DNA of 64,000 nucleotides, from NCBI RefSeq assembly GCF_027921745.1, contig NC_079238.1, positions 1,984,001 through 2,048,000 on the forward strand, given 5' to 3'. A program made the position numbers and the translations under genes. The notes beneath the pieces were generated by a model that did no database searches, had not been told where the DNA came from, and was given only the letters and a program-made list of their open reading frames with translations. This DNA is from Schizosaccharomyces osmophilus (taxonomy: Eukaryota). This document shows, piece after piece, positions 11,945-24,713 of the stretch; within the stretch, counting starts at the first letter, position 1; each line of letters opens with the position of its first letter.

Positions 11945-12491
11945 TTTCTCGCTCTGTTCTCAGCGGCATAAATATATCCCCTTAGCACTATCACGACTTA
12001 TTGACTAAAATAACTTCTTTATTTTTTTCTCTGTGTCTCTAAATAATCAGCTGGAAGTGGTCAGGGATGTTATTTATTTTCTTTGCACTCAAGTCTAAGC
12101 TTACACTTCAATGACTCATCTTAGCAGTCATTTGACTTCAGCCCTACTGAGTTTTCTACCTAGGACTGCTACACAGCGAATACTTCCCTCATTAAAAATG
12201 GAAGCCCCTCAACGAAAGCTGACATCAAGAGAGAATCATGAACAGTGACTCAATCTTTACTCTTCTTCATACTGGGAACAGTCTCATGAGCTGCTCTCAG
12301 TTCCTTTATCTAGCTGAATTCTGCAATCTTTAACTAAACCCATTCATATATCTCAGTCTAGTTTTGGTCGTCTTTCTTTTGAGTGCAAGGATATCGATAT
12401 AGCCTAAATTATCTCTCTCCTTTCCTTCCTTATTCTTTCTTTTTATCCGTTTTGATAGTTTAACTTCAAAAAAACATCGTTCTTTTTTATA

Positions 12492-15400
12492 ATGCTTTTT
12501 ACTGGCATTACAAATTCCATTTATGTTATCCTTCTTTTTCTATTTTCGAGATTTGTTTCTTCTGCAATCTTAACGGATAAGAATGAAAAATGGAACTTGA
12601 ATCGAAACCGAACAGCAACAACTATTCTGGATTTCTACTCTGAATGGACTGATCATGAATATTTCCCTTCTCCCTCAAATTGGCGGGCTCTTCCTTTCTA
12701 CACCGTAATCTTAGACAAGTGGACGAATGGGCTTCCCGAAAATGATGCTATTGAGGGAACTGTTTTTGAACATGATCCTTATGAAGTAACTTTCCGTGCC
12801 GGTGGTGATATCGCTGGCCTTGCGACGCCTCGTTCACTTGATTACTTAGAGGGAATGGGTATTAAAGCTATATATGTAGCAGGTACACCATTCGAAAACT
12901 TGCCATGGACTCCCGATGGTTATTCGCCGCTCGATTTCACTCTCTTAGACAAGCATACAGGGACTCTACAAGAATGGCATGATTCGATTATGAAACTACA
13001 TGAACGAGGGTTTTATATTGTTCTAGATTTAACTGTTTCAACCTTATCGGAATTGAGTTTCTTTAGCAATATCAGTGATTCGTTTGCTAATACTTCGGCT
13101 CCTTTTAGTACAAATGGTTATACTATGAAATATAAAAATACTCAACACTTTTACTCCGATTTTCAATTATCTAATGGAACTGAGTATCCTTGCGCAGGAC
13201 CTGCGTTTTGGGACATTACTGGCTTACCTATAAACAACACTGCAGACAAAGAATTAATTGAGCAAATTACTTGTATTCAGGGTGATTTCGATCATTACGG
13301 TGATGTTGAAGCTTTTGGTAATCATCCTCCATGGTGGCGCCAACTGTCAAACTTCGCTTCAGTACAAGACCGTCTAAGAGACTGGGATCCTATTGTTGCC
13401 AAAAAGTTGAAACATGTTGCGTGTCTTGCAGTTAAAATGCTTGACGTCGATGGAATTCGTATTGATAAAGCAACTCAGATTACTGCCGACTTTTTGGGAA
13501 GCTGGAGCTCTTCTGTTCGTAAATGCGCTCGGGAAGTAGGGAAAGACAACTTCTTTATTCCTGGAGAAGTTACAAGTGGTGCTGACTTTGGTTCTATATA
13601 CATTGGTCGTGGTCGACAGGCTGATCAGCGCCCTGAAAACGACGTGGCTGCTCTAAAAGTTGGCTACAATGAGACCGAATTTTTCCTGAGAAAGGAAGGT
13701 GATTCTGCTTTGGATTCTGTCTCCTTCCACTATTCGATTTATCGTGCTATAACTTTGCTACTAGGACTCCAAGGTAAACTATTCGCAACGTATGATCTAA
13801 ACCGTCATGATTTTGCATACATGTGGAGGCAAATGCTTATTCAAGACGACTTGATTAATGCCAATACTGGAAAGCTTGATCCAAGACATCTTTACGGTGT
13901 CACCAACCAGGATATTTTCAGATGGCCTTCGACTAAAGATGGAGAATACAAACAACTACTGGGATTTTTTATCACTCATTTATTGATGCCTGGAATTCCG
14001 TTGGTTTACTATGGTGAAGAACAAAATTTGAAGTTACTTGACAACCAGGCTGCCAACTATGTCTTTGGAAGACAGCCTATAACTTCTTCGATTGGTTGGC
14101 AGAAGCACGGATGTTACCAAATTGGAAACACGCAGTATTCGGAGCTAGATTTCTCGCCCGCCAGCGCAGCTTGTCATGATGACTGGAATAGTTTCGATCA
14201 TTTAGATCCAAGCTCCCATACCAGAAATTACATTTCAAGAATGAACGAAATCAGAAGTCATTATCCACAAATTCGAGATGGTTGGGATCTTGTAGCATTA
14301 GGAAGATGGACAGAGGATGGTGTATTCCCTGGTAATGAGATGTATGCTGAAGCCACTCCAACAATGTGGGGTTTGTGGTCTTTTTCTCGTGGACCATTGC
14401 GACCTTTTCAAAACTTTGGAAATCAAAGTGATTATACGTGGCTCCTCTTTTCCAATCGAAACACATCCAAGACGTTCGAATTCAATTGCTCAGAAAAGGC
14501 AGAGTATAAATTTCCTCCCTATTATGCCCCCTTAGGACCTTTTAAGAATGGTACTACCATCAAGAATTTACTTTATCCATACGAGGAAATAACTCTGTCA
14601 GCTTCCACTTTAGATTCACCGGAGTTTGGAAACATCGGCTGCATTCCTCGACTTGAAATAGATGCCTACGGTTCAAAAGTATTTGTTAAAAAGGAAAATT
14701 GGCTAAAGCCGTCTTTGTATTTAACCGATTTCTTGCCTGGGCATGACCACCGCGTATATACGTCGTCTAAACTGACGTCGATAAACATCAGCTTGGGCTT
14801 TTCAGAGGCTGTTGATTGTCATTCTTTGGCAAAGAAGATTACCATCAATACTCATACACTCGGAAATTATTCAACACCGAAAATAGAAGAATCGAGCATC
14901 TCCTGTGCTCTTCTCGAAAAGCCTGCTACTCAAATTTTTACCAATGCACCTGCTACGCGATGGTACTTTAATGCGACTTTGGAAGAAGTTCCGCATGGAC
15001 TACATGAGCTAGTATTAGAGGACATAAAAAGTACTTCTAATCGGACTATGGCTGCTCAACGCGCCAGACTATTATTGCGGGTCGGTAATGGAGAAAATCC
15101 AATGGTTTATCCAAGCAACGCTACCTTTAGCAAAGAATTGTTACATATAGATGATGGAGATATATATGTAAACCATACTGGTATAGGAGCTGATAAGTAT
15201 CGTTATTCGCTGAATTTTGGAAGCACTTTTTCTCCTTGGAAACAATTAACATCTGCTTCCGAAAAGCTTAATAAACAACATTGGAACGGAAGTCATGTTC
15301 AAGGGTGGGATGGAGAGCATGTGATTGTTCAGTACTGGTCTAGTTTAGCTATGTCTACGGCTCATATTCAGCACGGAGATTCGTTAGGTCTTCCTAGACA

Positions 15401-18400
15401 ATTTCCTCATTTGTTTGTACAGGGTGCATTCAATCGATTCGGTTATGATGGATCAATCCCTAGCAAAATGCGCTATAACCCCGATAACAGAACTTGGACT
15501 TATGAGCTAATTTCCACCTGGCCAGCTCAAGTTGTACTGAACGTTTGGGGAATGAATCCAGACAACAACGCAGATGAAGGATGGATCTATGGTGATTTGG
15601 ATAACGATACAATTATCGATAGAGTTCCTCCCGGTACTAGCAGAATATCCAACTTTATTCGGTTCCTCGATCCTCCCCCAAAACCATATCTATCGTATAA
15701 AATGTACGTCAATGATTTTACTCGGCAATTACATTATGTACCTAAAGGTTCATGGTCCGTTCAAATCATTTGTGTTTCACTGTTAATATTTCTTCCTCCT
15801 ACTGCGGCTACTTTGTCTGTACTTCTGTATGGTGGAGCTTTTTCCCGAGTTACCATCTTTAACGGAAGTAAGAGTAAAGGATGGAAGGGTTTCAAACAAA
15901 GGTTTAGAAATGCTTGCTCTAAGTTATTTCCTTTTGGTATCTCTCTACCCATCGATAACAATTCGGAATTAATGAAGCAACTACCGCCATCCTCGAAGAA
16001 ACGTAATGTACTGGTAGCTACATTAGAATATGACATCCCTGAATTGGGCCTGCGCGTCAAAATAGGTGGTTTAGGTGTCATGGCTCAACTAATGTCTCAG
16101 CACTTAGAGATCCAAGACATGGTTTGGGTAATTCCTATAATCAGTGGGCTTGAGTATCCATTCGAGCAATTCTCTACTGAGCCCAAGATTGAAGTCAAAA
16201 TTCATGATGTGGATTTCGTTGTCAATTGCTACTCTTACAAGATGAATAACATCACTTATATTTTTGTACAATCCGAAGTTTTCTACATGCAATCGACGAA
16301 GGAGCCTTACCCTTCGAAGATGGATGACTTAAACTCGGCAATGTTTTATTCAACTTGGAATCAGTGCATAGCTGAAGTATGGCGCCGTTATCCTTTAGAC
16401 ATCTATCATGCGAATGACTATCATGGTGCTTTGGCTCCCCTTTATCTATTACCCGAAGTCATCCCGGTAGCAGTTTCTCTCCACAATGCCGAATTCCAAG
16501 GTCTCTGGCCATTACGAAAAGCAGAAGAAGTTGATTGCGTTTGCTCGATTTTCAATATTTCTAGAGAGGTCTGCGCTGAGTATGTTCAGTTTGGACATGT
16601 TTTTAATTTGCTCCATTCCATAATCTCTTATGTTAGAAAGCATCAAGGTGGTTACGGTGTAGTAGCTGTATCTGATAAGTACAGCAAGCAGTCATTAACA
16701 AGATATCCTATTTTTTGGAGTTTGGTTCACATAAGTGGATTACCCAACCCTGATCCAAGTGACTTAAATATGATCAGTAATTTGGATGAACGTAACGATG
16801 TCGATTTCGTTCTGGAAGCCAAACGAAAACTGTTAAAAAGACAAACTCAAGAATGGGCTGGATTAGACGTGGATCCTTCTGCTCAATTGTTGGTTTTTGT
16901 GGGACGTTGGTCACAACAGAAAGGAATTGATTTGATTGCTGACTTAGCTCCAAAACTTTTAGCTGAATACAATGTTCAGATTATTACAATTGGACCTGTG
17001 ATCGATTTACATGGTCAATTTGCTGCTGAAAAACTTCAGTATGTTGCGAGCTGTTATCCAAATAGAGTTTTCAGCCGGCCCGTTTTTACCGCTGTTCCTC
17101 CATTCCTTTTCGCTGGTGCAGACTTTGCTCTAATCCCTTCCAGAGATGAACCGTTTGGCTTGGTAGCAGTCGAATTCGGAAGAAAGGGTGTTCTCTGCAT
17201 TGGATCACGGACAGGAGGTTTAGGTTATATGCCCGGTTGGTGGTTCCAAATGGCTTCTCCAAATACAGGACATTTACTAGCTCAGTTTGAAAATGCTATA
17301 TCAAAAGCTTTACAAAGCCCAGCGGAAATGAGAGCAAGGCTTAGAGCTGAGGCTTTACGCCAACGTTTTCCTGTGTGTGTTTGGAAACAGAAGACTGATG
17401 ATTTACTGAAAGCTTGTATATACGTGCATGAGATCGAAGAAATCAAGAAGTCTAGTTTCCTTTACAAAGGTTATCAATACTTGAAGTCTGCTGGTGATCA
17501 AGTTACGTCCAAGTTTTCTCGTAATGCTTTGCTCCGTCGTGAAGAATCTGCTGAGCCTGCATTAAACGATAATTCACCAATACGCAATGAAGTAAATGCT
17601 GTACTAAATGAACCATACATATCGGAATCTTCTCCAAAGGCAAAAGAAGAAACTGAAGAAGTGGAATTCTATTCTATTGGTGACGTCCTTAATAGCTCCC
17701 AATCAGCTAGTCCTTATTCATCGGAGGAGTCGGTTGTTGAGCAGAATGACAGAAGTTTTGACAATTTCGCTCGTGATTTGCAAACCCACAATTATGCCAA
17801 TACACGAGAAGTTTTTGATATTCAAGAAACGTCAGAAGCTACAGAAGAAGACACTATAAGAGACCATGTGATTCCAGTTAATGATTCGTCTGTCGATTTT
17901 GAGAATTTGAATGCCGATAAATATAATGCCATCGTGGAATCTAAGCCTGTCGTTTTCCATGGGTCTGTTACGTTTACCGATGAAGATGGAAACACCAGAA
18001 GACTATTTTTATCCAAACTTGATGATCTGACCAGTAACAATACTATGAAGTCTTTGTCCATTGATCATTTCATTCGAAAGCATGAACGGAAGTATTTCTC
18101 TGGGCTTAGAAAACAAGAAACTGATGTGAGATTGAATTTCTTTTCTGAAAAGGATAAGGAAAAAGCATGTTCGATTACTGAAACCGTCAAACCGCTTGAG
18201 ACGGAGACGGTTGAGAACAATGCTATACAAAAGATTATGCTTCATAATATTGGTAGCTGGCCTTTATACACAATTATACTCGCTATAGGACAAATTCTTG
18301 GTGCATCTTCTTATCAATTAACTTTGTTATCTGGAGAATCAGCACAGTCGACAAATTCTATGTATATATTGCTCGCTCTTTTCTCAGCATTTTCTTTATT

Positions 18401-19511
18401 CTGGTGGTTCTTATCAAGATTTGTACAAGGAAGATACATACTTAGTTTACCGTTCCTTTGCTTTGGCCTTTCATTTTTCTTGGTTTCGATAACACATTTC
18501 TTTCAAAAGACTAATGCTTGTTCAATACTTCAACACATTGCTGCCTACGTATACGCAATTTCCAGCTCAACCGGTTCCTTATATTTTGCATGGAATTTCG
18601 GTGCTGAAGGTGGGATTGCCACGCATCATTGGATTGTAAGAGCTTGTTTGGTACATGGTGTACAGCAAATTTGGTCTGCAATTCTGTGGGCATGGGGAGA
18701 TTTAATTTCCAAAAAAGATACTGGACAAAAGGTGGGACCAGGAATTTTTGCAGGTGGATTGGTTGCATCGGTGGCTTGTTTCTGTTTAGCATACGTAACA
18801 TTTGTCGGTCTTCCTACATACTATAGACAGAGTCCTTCTATCATTCCTGCGTTTTATCGCTCTCTCTCTAAACGTTCTATAGTACTTTGGTTTTTTATTG
18901 CCCAGATTCTGAGTAACTATTGGTTAGCAGTTCCTTATGGACAGGCTTGGCGATTCTTTTGGAACACTAGTCACACGCCTTTTTGGGGCATCGTTGTTTT
19001 GTTGTTGATATTTTTCATTGCTGTATGGATAATAGTCCTTTACGGGATAAAGTTCTTATCGTTGAACAATGTTTGGTTTCCTGTTATTTTTGGATTGGGC
19101 TTATTATGTCCAAGATGGTGCTTAGAATTTTGGTCTTCTTCCGGATTAGGCTTGAATCTGCCGTGGGCGGGTCGGATAGCTCCGGTGCTCACAAAGTTGA
19201 TTTGGCTATATCTAGCGCTTTGGGATGGCATTCAAGGAATTGGTATTGGTGTTATGTTACTGCAAACGTTAGCGCGTGATCACGTGGCATTCACTTTAAT
19301 GCTTTCTCAGGTTGTCAGTTCTTTAACAATCATGGTAGCCAAACCTACTATACCTGTGAGTGATAAAGTATTTCCCAATTTGGGCGCTTGGAATCCGTCG
19401 GAAGGTCCTGGTCCTTGTTCTTCACCTTGCTTTTACATTGCACTGATCTGTCAAATAATCGCGATTGGAGGTCTCTTTTACTACTATCGGAAGAGTCAGC
19501 TTGCTCTCTAA
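12492..19511 (+). CDS. mok12: Alpha-1,3-glucan synthase (Mok/Ags family), 2339 aa
   Basis: Signal peptide, GH13 amylase-like domain (DGIRIDKA, IPGE, NQD), a TM segment, glycogen-synthase-like domain (KIGGLG, PSRDEPFGLVAVE) and a C-terminal multi-TM region. The paralogue name comes from adjacency to act1. Confidence 0.9.
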   Translation: MLFTGITNSIYVILLFLFSRFVSSAILTDKNEKWNLNRNRTATTILDFYSEWTDHEYFPSPSNWRALPFYTVILDKWTNGLPENDAIEGTVFEHDPYEVTFRAGGDIAGLATPRSLDYLEGMGIKAIYVAGTPFENLPWTPDGYSPLDFTLLDKHTGTLQEWHDSIMKLHERGFYIVLDLTVSTLSELSFFSNISDSFANTSAPFSTNGYTMKYKNTQHFYSDFQLSNGTEYPCAGPAFWDITGLPINNTADKELIEQITCIQGDFDHYGDVEAFGNHPPWWRQLSNFASVQDRLRDWDPIVAKKLKHVACLAVKMLDVDGIRIDKATQITADFLGSWSSSVRKCAREVGKDNFFIPGEVTSGADFGSIYIGRGRQADQRPENDVAALKVGYNETEFFLRKEGDSALDSVSFHYSIYRAITLLLGLQGKLFATYDLNRHDFAYMWRQMLIQDDLINANTGKLDPRHLYGVTNQDIFRWPSTKDGEYKQLLGFFITHLLMPGIPLVYYGEEQNLKLLDNQAANYVFGRQPITSSIGWQKHGCYQIGNTQYSELDFSPASAACHDDWNSFDHLDPSSHTRNYISRMNEIRSHYPQIRDGWDLVALGRWTEDGVFPGNEMYAEATPTMWGLWSFSRGPLRPFQNFGNQSDYTWLLFSNRNTSKTFEFNCSEKAEYKFPPYYAPLGPFKNGTTIKNLLYPYEEITLSASTLDSPEFGNIGCIPRLEIDAYGSKVFVKKENWLKPSLYLTDFLPGHDHRVYTSSKLTSINISLGFSEAVDCHSLAKKITINTHTLGNYSTPKIEESSISCALLEKPATQIFTNAPATRWYFNATLEEVPHGLHELVLEDIKSTSNRTMAAQRARLLLRVGNGENPMVYPSNATFSKELLHIDDGDIYVNHTGIGADKYRYSLNFGSTFSPWKQLTSASEKLNKQHWNGSHVQGWDGEHVIVQYWSSLAMSTAHIQHGDSLGLPRQFPHLFVQGAFNRFGYDGSIPSKMRYNPDNRTWTYELISTWPAQVVLNVWGMNPDNNADEGWIYGDLDNDTIIDRVPPGTSRISNFIRFLDPPPKPYLSYKMYVNDFTRQLHYVPKGSWSVQIICVSLLIFLPPTAATLSVLLYGGAFSRVTIFNGSKSKGWKGFKQRFRNACSKLFPFGISLPIDNNSELMKQLPPSSKKRNVLVATLEYDIPELGLRVKIGGLGVMAQLMSQHLEIQDMVWVIPIISGLEYPFEQFSTEPKIEVKIHDVDFVVNCYSYKMNNITYIFVQSEVFYMQSTKEPYPSKMDDLNSAMFYSTWNQCIAEVWRRYPLDIYHANDYHGALAPLYLLPEVIPVAVSLHNAEFQGLWPLRKAEEVDCVCSIFNISREVCAEYVQFGHVFNLLHSIISYVRKHQGGYGVVAVSDKYSKQSLTRYPIFWSLVHISGLPNPDPSDLNMISNLDERNDVDFVLEAKRKLLKRQTQEWAGLDVDPSAQLLVFVGRWSQQKGIDLIADLAPKLLAEYNVQIITIGPVIDLHGQFAAEKLQYVASCYPNRVFSRPVFTAVPPFLFAGADFALIPSRDEPFGLVAVEFGRKGVLCIGSRTGGLGYMPGWWFQMASPNTGHLLAQFENAISKALQSPAEMRARLRAEALRQRFPVCVWKQKTDDLLKACIYVHEIEEIKKSSFLYKGYQYLKSAGDQVTSKFSRNALLRREESAEPALNDNSPIRNEVNAVLNEPYISESSPKAKEETEEVEFYSIGDVLNSSQSASPYSSEESVVEQNDRSFDNFARDLQTHNYANTREVFDIQETSEATEEDTIRDHVIPVNDSSVDFENLNADKYNAIVESKPVVFHGSVTFTDEDGNTRRLFLSKLDDLTSNNTMKSLSIDHFIRKHERKYFSGLRKQETDVRLNFFSEKDKEKACSITETVKPLETETVENNAIQKIMLHNIGSWPLYTIILAIGQILGASSYQLTLLSGESAQSTNSMYILLALFSAFSLFWWFLSRFVQGRYILSLPFLCFGLSFFLVSITHFFQKTNACSILQHIAAYVYAISSSTGSLYFAWNFGAEGGIATHHWIVRACLVHGVQQIWSAILWAWGDLISKKDTGQKVGPGIFAGGLVASVACFCLAYVTFVGLPTYYRQSPSIIPAFYRSLSKRSIVLWFFIAQILSNYWLAVPYGQAWRFFWNTSHTPFWGIVVLLLIFFIAVWIIVLYGIKFLSLNNVWFPVIFGLGLLCPRWCLEFWSSSGLGLNLPWAGRIAPVLTKLIWLYLALWDGIQGIGIGVMLLQTLARDHVAFTLMLSQVVSSLTIMVAKPTIPVSDKVFPNLGAWNPSEGPGPCSSPCFYIALICQIIAIGGLFYYYRKSQLAL

Positions 19512-19574
19512 TGTCAGTTGTTAATTTAGACAAGTGTGTTGGTGAGCGCCAACCCTCTTAGTTTTATTATATTC

Positions 19575-19605
<31 letters not shown>

Positions 19606-19624
19606 AAGAAAGAAAGAAAAGAAA
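19575..19624. repeat. Poly(A)29 tract followed by (GAAA)n
   Basis: A-run at 19575-19603, then GAAA units. Confidence 0.9.
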
Positions 19625-20079
19625 CTGTATATAGACATATATGTATTTAATGAGCTTTTTGATGAGTTTTAATAATGATTATTTTCCGTTGAATGTTTAG
19701 ATCAGAGTCCCTTCTGTATCATAGAGAAATTCGCATATTACTAGCTGTTTTCACTATTCTCATTGTAAAGAGGACTATATGTAACTGTTTTATTTATTTA
19801 TTTTTTGAAAGCATGCTTGGAAAGTTTCTAAAGCCAAGATTCTAACAATCAAATAGCATGGGTTTATATTTACTAGTGCATATAAACGCGGTTCTTTATC
19901 TATGATACGGATAGGTAAGGCAGCTACTTGGCGGAATCTCAGCAGTTAAAGAATGATACTAGAGAAGGGACGGTATAGATGATTATCAATGGAACAAGAA
20001 AACTATAAAGAACTCATACATAACTATACAGCAGATAGCTATATTTGTTTACTAAAAAATATATATCTAATATTTGTAG

Positions 20080-21330
<1,251 letters not shown>

Positions 21331-22413
21331 GTTCTTTCATTTTTGTAACGTTTACGTACTTTTGAATAACATCGATTCTTTCTGATATATATTTTTCTAA
21401 CTCCTCAATCTTTACATATCGTGTTCCTTTTCAAATGACCTTCTAAAATGATCGATGGTTTATCTTTTAACTGATCGGGAGTTTTCGTTATGGACAGGGT
21501 GCTTTACTTTCTCCTTGTTGCTTTCGTTTAGCTGGTACTCTGCTTTTTTTACTTATTTTTGTTAGTATAGACAAAAAAAGGAGTTCTACATCTTGTTTAT
21601 GAAATTGCGACAAAGTATCTTGTCCATGATTTGAATCCTACGTTGCTTTCGTCTATAGAATTTAAAAGTTCTCACTTTGGTTTTCCATCAAGACCGATGC
21701 ATCGTGTGATGTGTCCCTATTGATGGTTTCTTTACTACTATTATCAATTAGATAATTATAAATGAATGATATAAACTGTTTTAATTTTTTTATACAGCAA
21801 GCGTTGAGTAAGTGTATGTGTTGTCAATGGTGTAAGTGGTGTATAAAGGATACAACTACTTGGAAGTGAAATGTGCTGCAAACAGAAGGTATAAGCTTTT
21901 ACAATTCCAATTTGGCAGTATGACTTAATAAATAAATAAATATATTTAATATTTCTAACATACGACGATATGTGTAGTGCCGTGAGATAAATTCCGGTAC
22001 GTACTTGTTCAAAACTATTAGGGTAGAGAAGTCGGAAAAATCAGAAGACAGGTTTCCCAAAAAAAAACCCATATAAAGCTTCTAAATTAGTTAGAGAATA
22101 AGATCATTGCCATTAACATACCCTTCTCACCATAGAGCTTGATAGACTATAAGTATACTTCGAGAAAAGGCGTGAGTGTCGCCTAAAATGAGTAAGGATA
22201 TAAATAGGGAGGAGCATCAAAGTCATGAGATTATTAATAAAAGCATTATGTTGGTATTTCTATATCATCAAAGTGGGCAGCTTCATGATACATCATAAAC
22301 AGTTTTGGCATCATTCAACTTCGGGTCGATATTTAATATATACAAGGCCCATAAGTTATGGCTTTCGAAAAAGCACAAGCATTATCTACTCATTAAATAT
22401 TAAAAAAGGTAAT

Positions 22414-24153
22414 TCATCGAAAATCATTAATTTCCGAACCCAGGCGTAGCAGTTGCTTATCTGCTTCATCTAAATGTTCAAAATTGCTACCAGAGCATTC
22501 TTCAACCTTGTTTGCATTTTGCCTTGCCTTAGAGCAAGAGGGAATCTCCTTCGTCTTACTTTCGTACGCTAATTGCTCAGCAATTGAGTCGTCTGATGTT
22601 TGTTCAAATGAGTCGTTCCCTTGTTTTAGTATTTGAGAAGAATATAAAGATGTGGGAGCAATTGAACCAGAGTCATTAGCATTACTAGATTCGATGACTG
22701 TTTCTGGGCTGTTTTGAAAACAAGCAGCCGAAACCAAATCGTCGAGTGAAGACTGAAAAGAATGATGGTCGAACAAAGATTCAGAAAATAATTGGCTGGA
22801 CGTGTTCCATGGATCAGAACCATCAAGGGGCGGTGCTAAATCCATAGGACAAAGTAAGGATTTCACATGCTCTCGATGCTTCTTTAAGGAAGTTGCCGGG
22901 CTATTTGGGGATACTTTGGTACAGGGACTTTCGGTGGCATTATTAGAATTGTAACTGGATGGATAGACGGCGTCTGGGGCAGAGTAAGAAGTATCAGTAC
23001 GATGGAAAGAAGGACATCCAGGGTAGTCAAAAAACCGAGAAGGACAGGTCAGGGTTGATATCCTTTTTGACAGATATTGAGGTGAATGAGAATTCGGAGA
23101 AGCAACATACGAAGTTACTAAATTTTGTTGCTGAGAAACGGGAAAATCAGCTTGTAAGACATCTTCTGTATTTGTTGAATAGGAAATGTCGTTAGAGGAA
23201 AACGCTTGGCGGAAATAGGGTTGCTCATCATCAGCAAAGCTACTGAGGGAATAGTCCTGGTAGGATGAAAGTTGGGAGAATGGAGGTTCATTGTTATCAT
23301 AAAATGGTTGATCAGATGAATTAGAATGTTCTTGTTGTTTTAGATCAGTGAGAGAAGGTTCAGAAGCTTTGTTTATGTTTGAAGCAGATGATAAAGTAAG
23401 TGGTGACTTGTTTGTTTGTTTCAAACCATGGTCATAGTTTAAGGGCAATGCTGGTTCCGTATTACTTTTAGTAAGTGGAGGTTTAGAGGCTGAAGCGTTT
23501 GCGTTTGAGGAACCACCAGATTTGAATGCATTGATCCGTGTTCTTTTACGAGGGAATGAGTTGTCCCGTTTTAAAGATGGTTTAAGATCATTACTCCTTG
23601 AAGAGGTCCGCTTTTTAGAGTTTGAATCTGAGGAGCCTCCGCGGTTTAATTTAATATTGACAAACCCTTGCACATACTCAGGATCAATTGTCCAATAATG
23701 ACCTTTTGATACCTTTCCTTTGCTTTTCCCAACCTTCAAAAAGGCTTTATTCAATGATAAATTGTGTCGAATGCTATTCTGCCAGCCTCCATCATGGTTT
23801 AAGTAGTAGCGAAAGGTATTTCGAATCCACGTGTAAATACCATTCAAAGTTAATTGTCTGTCTGGGGTTTGAAGAATAGCTAAACCTATCAATGTAGCAT
23901 AGGAACATGGTGGTTTCTCTCCAGTGTCAACAAATCCTGCGATTTCGTCTCCGAAAAGCAATTGGCGAATGTTTTCGCTGTTCAAATTCTCCTTGTTTTC
24001 TTCGACTTCAGATTCGAGGTTCTCACAAAGCTCTTGCTTAAGCAAAGGGATAGAAGTTTCAGTTTTGTCAAAGTTTGAGGTTGTTTCCAGCGTTGGATTT
24101 ACCCTTTCATTATTAGCACCATGAATACCTAACGGTTTCCGTTTATCACTCAT
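22414..24153 (-). CDS. mei4: Meiotic forkhead transcription factor
   Basis: Forkhead domain KPPCSYATLIGLAI...GWQNSIRHNLSLNKAF...GHYWTI; convergent with act1; carries a DSR hexamer cluster. Confidence 0.92.
   Translation of the reverse strand: MSDKRKPLGIHGANNERVNPTLETTSNFDKTETSIPLLKQELCENLESEVEENKENLNSENIRQLLFGDEIAGFVDTGEKPPCSYATLIGLAILQTPDRQLTLNGIYTWIRNTFRYYLNHDGGWQNSIRHNLSLNKAFLKVGKSKGKVSKGHYWTIDPEYVQGFVNIKLNRGGSSDSNSKKRTSSRSNDLKPSLKRDNSFPRKRTRINAFKSGGSSNANASASKPPLTKSNTEPALPLNYDHGLKQTNKSPLTLSSASNINKASEPSLTDLKQQEHSNSSDQPFYDNNEPPFSQLSSYQDYSLSSFADDEQPYFRQAFSSNDISYSTNTEDVLQADFPVSQQQNLVTSYVASPNSHSPQYLSKRISTLTCPSRFFDYPGCPSFHRTDTSYSAPDAVYPSSYNSNNATESPCTKVSPNSPATSLKKHREHVKSLLCPMDLAPPLDGSDPWNTSSQLFSESLFDHHSFQSSLDDLVSAACFQNSPETVIESSNANDSGSIAPTSLYSSQILKQGNDSFEQTSDDSIAEQLAYESKTKEIPSCSKARQNANKVEECSGSNFEHLDEADKQLLRLGSEINDFR
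23377..24078 (-). promoter_or_regulatory. DSR (Mmi1-binding U(U/C)AAAC cluster) within mei4 mRNA
   Basis: Nine sense-strand T(T/C)AAAC hexamers (on + GTTTRA at 23377, 23437, 23503, 23580, 23620, 23644, 23797, 23867, 24073). I saw none in the 3' part of the CDS. Confidence 0.8.
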
Positions 24154-24713
24154 TAGTCCAATTGTGAACTTCTTTTTATTTATTTATTTATAAGATTACC
24201 GATTCACCTGTTCTTCTATGGTTTGATAGACTCCCCGATGTTGGTAAAGGACAGTATACGTAGAAGGCTGGTTCAGCGTTGAATATAAACAATCAATATA
24301 CGATATAGCAATATGGACCATTCACGTATCAGAGGTGGTTATTAGTAGGAATTAGTAGAAAATAAACAATATGAAACATATTGAAGAAAATAAATGAGAT
24401 GTTTTTTTTGGAATCGAAAAAAAGGCCAAGGTATTATGGAAGTAAGATGCTGGTTGCTGATGGAATAGTCAAGATGTATTAAACAATTAAATAAAAGTAA
24501 AAGACGTGATCTAATGTTAATAAAAGAGCACGATAGCTATCTGATGTGAGCTCTTAAGTTGAGCTGGCGAATATGGTATACCAAAAGAAAGACGTTATCG
24601 AAAATGTGTATGCAAAACATTCTTCGGTAATTATAAGAACCAAGAGAAAGCTATCAAACCTTTAGTATGAACATAAACCTATTTTGTAACGATCGCTCTG
24701 GTAGTTTTTATAT

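Noticed and set aside
19575..19624. Poly(A) tract as a retroposon tail
   Set aside because: No target-site duplication, LTR (TG..CA) or RT remnant nearby; a simple repeat after mok12.
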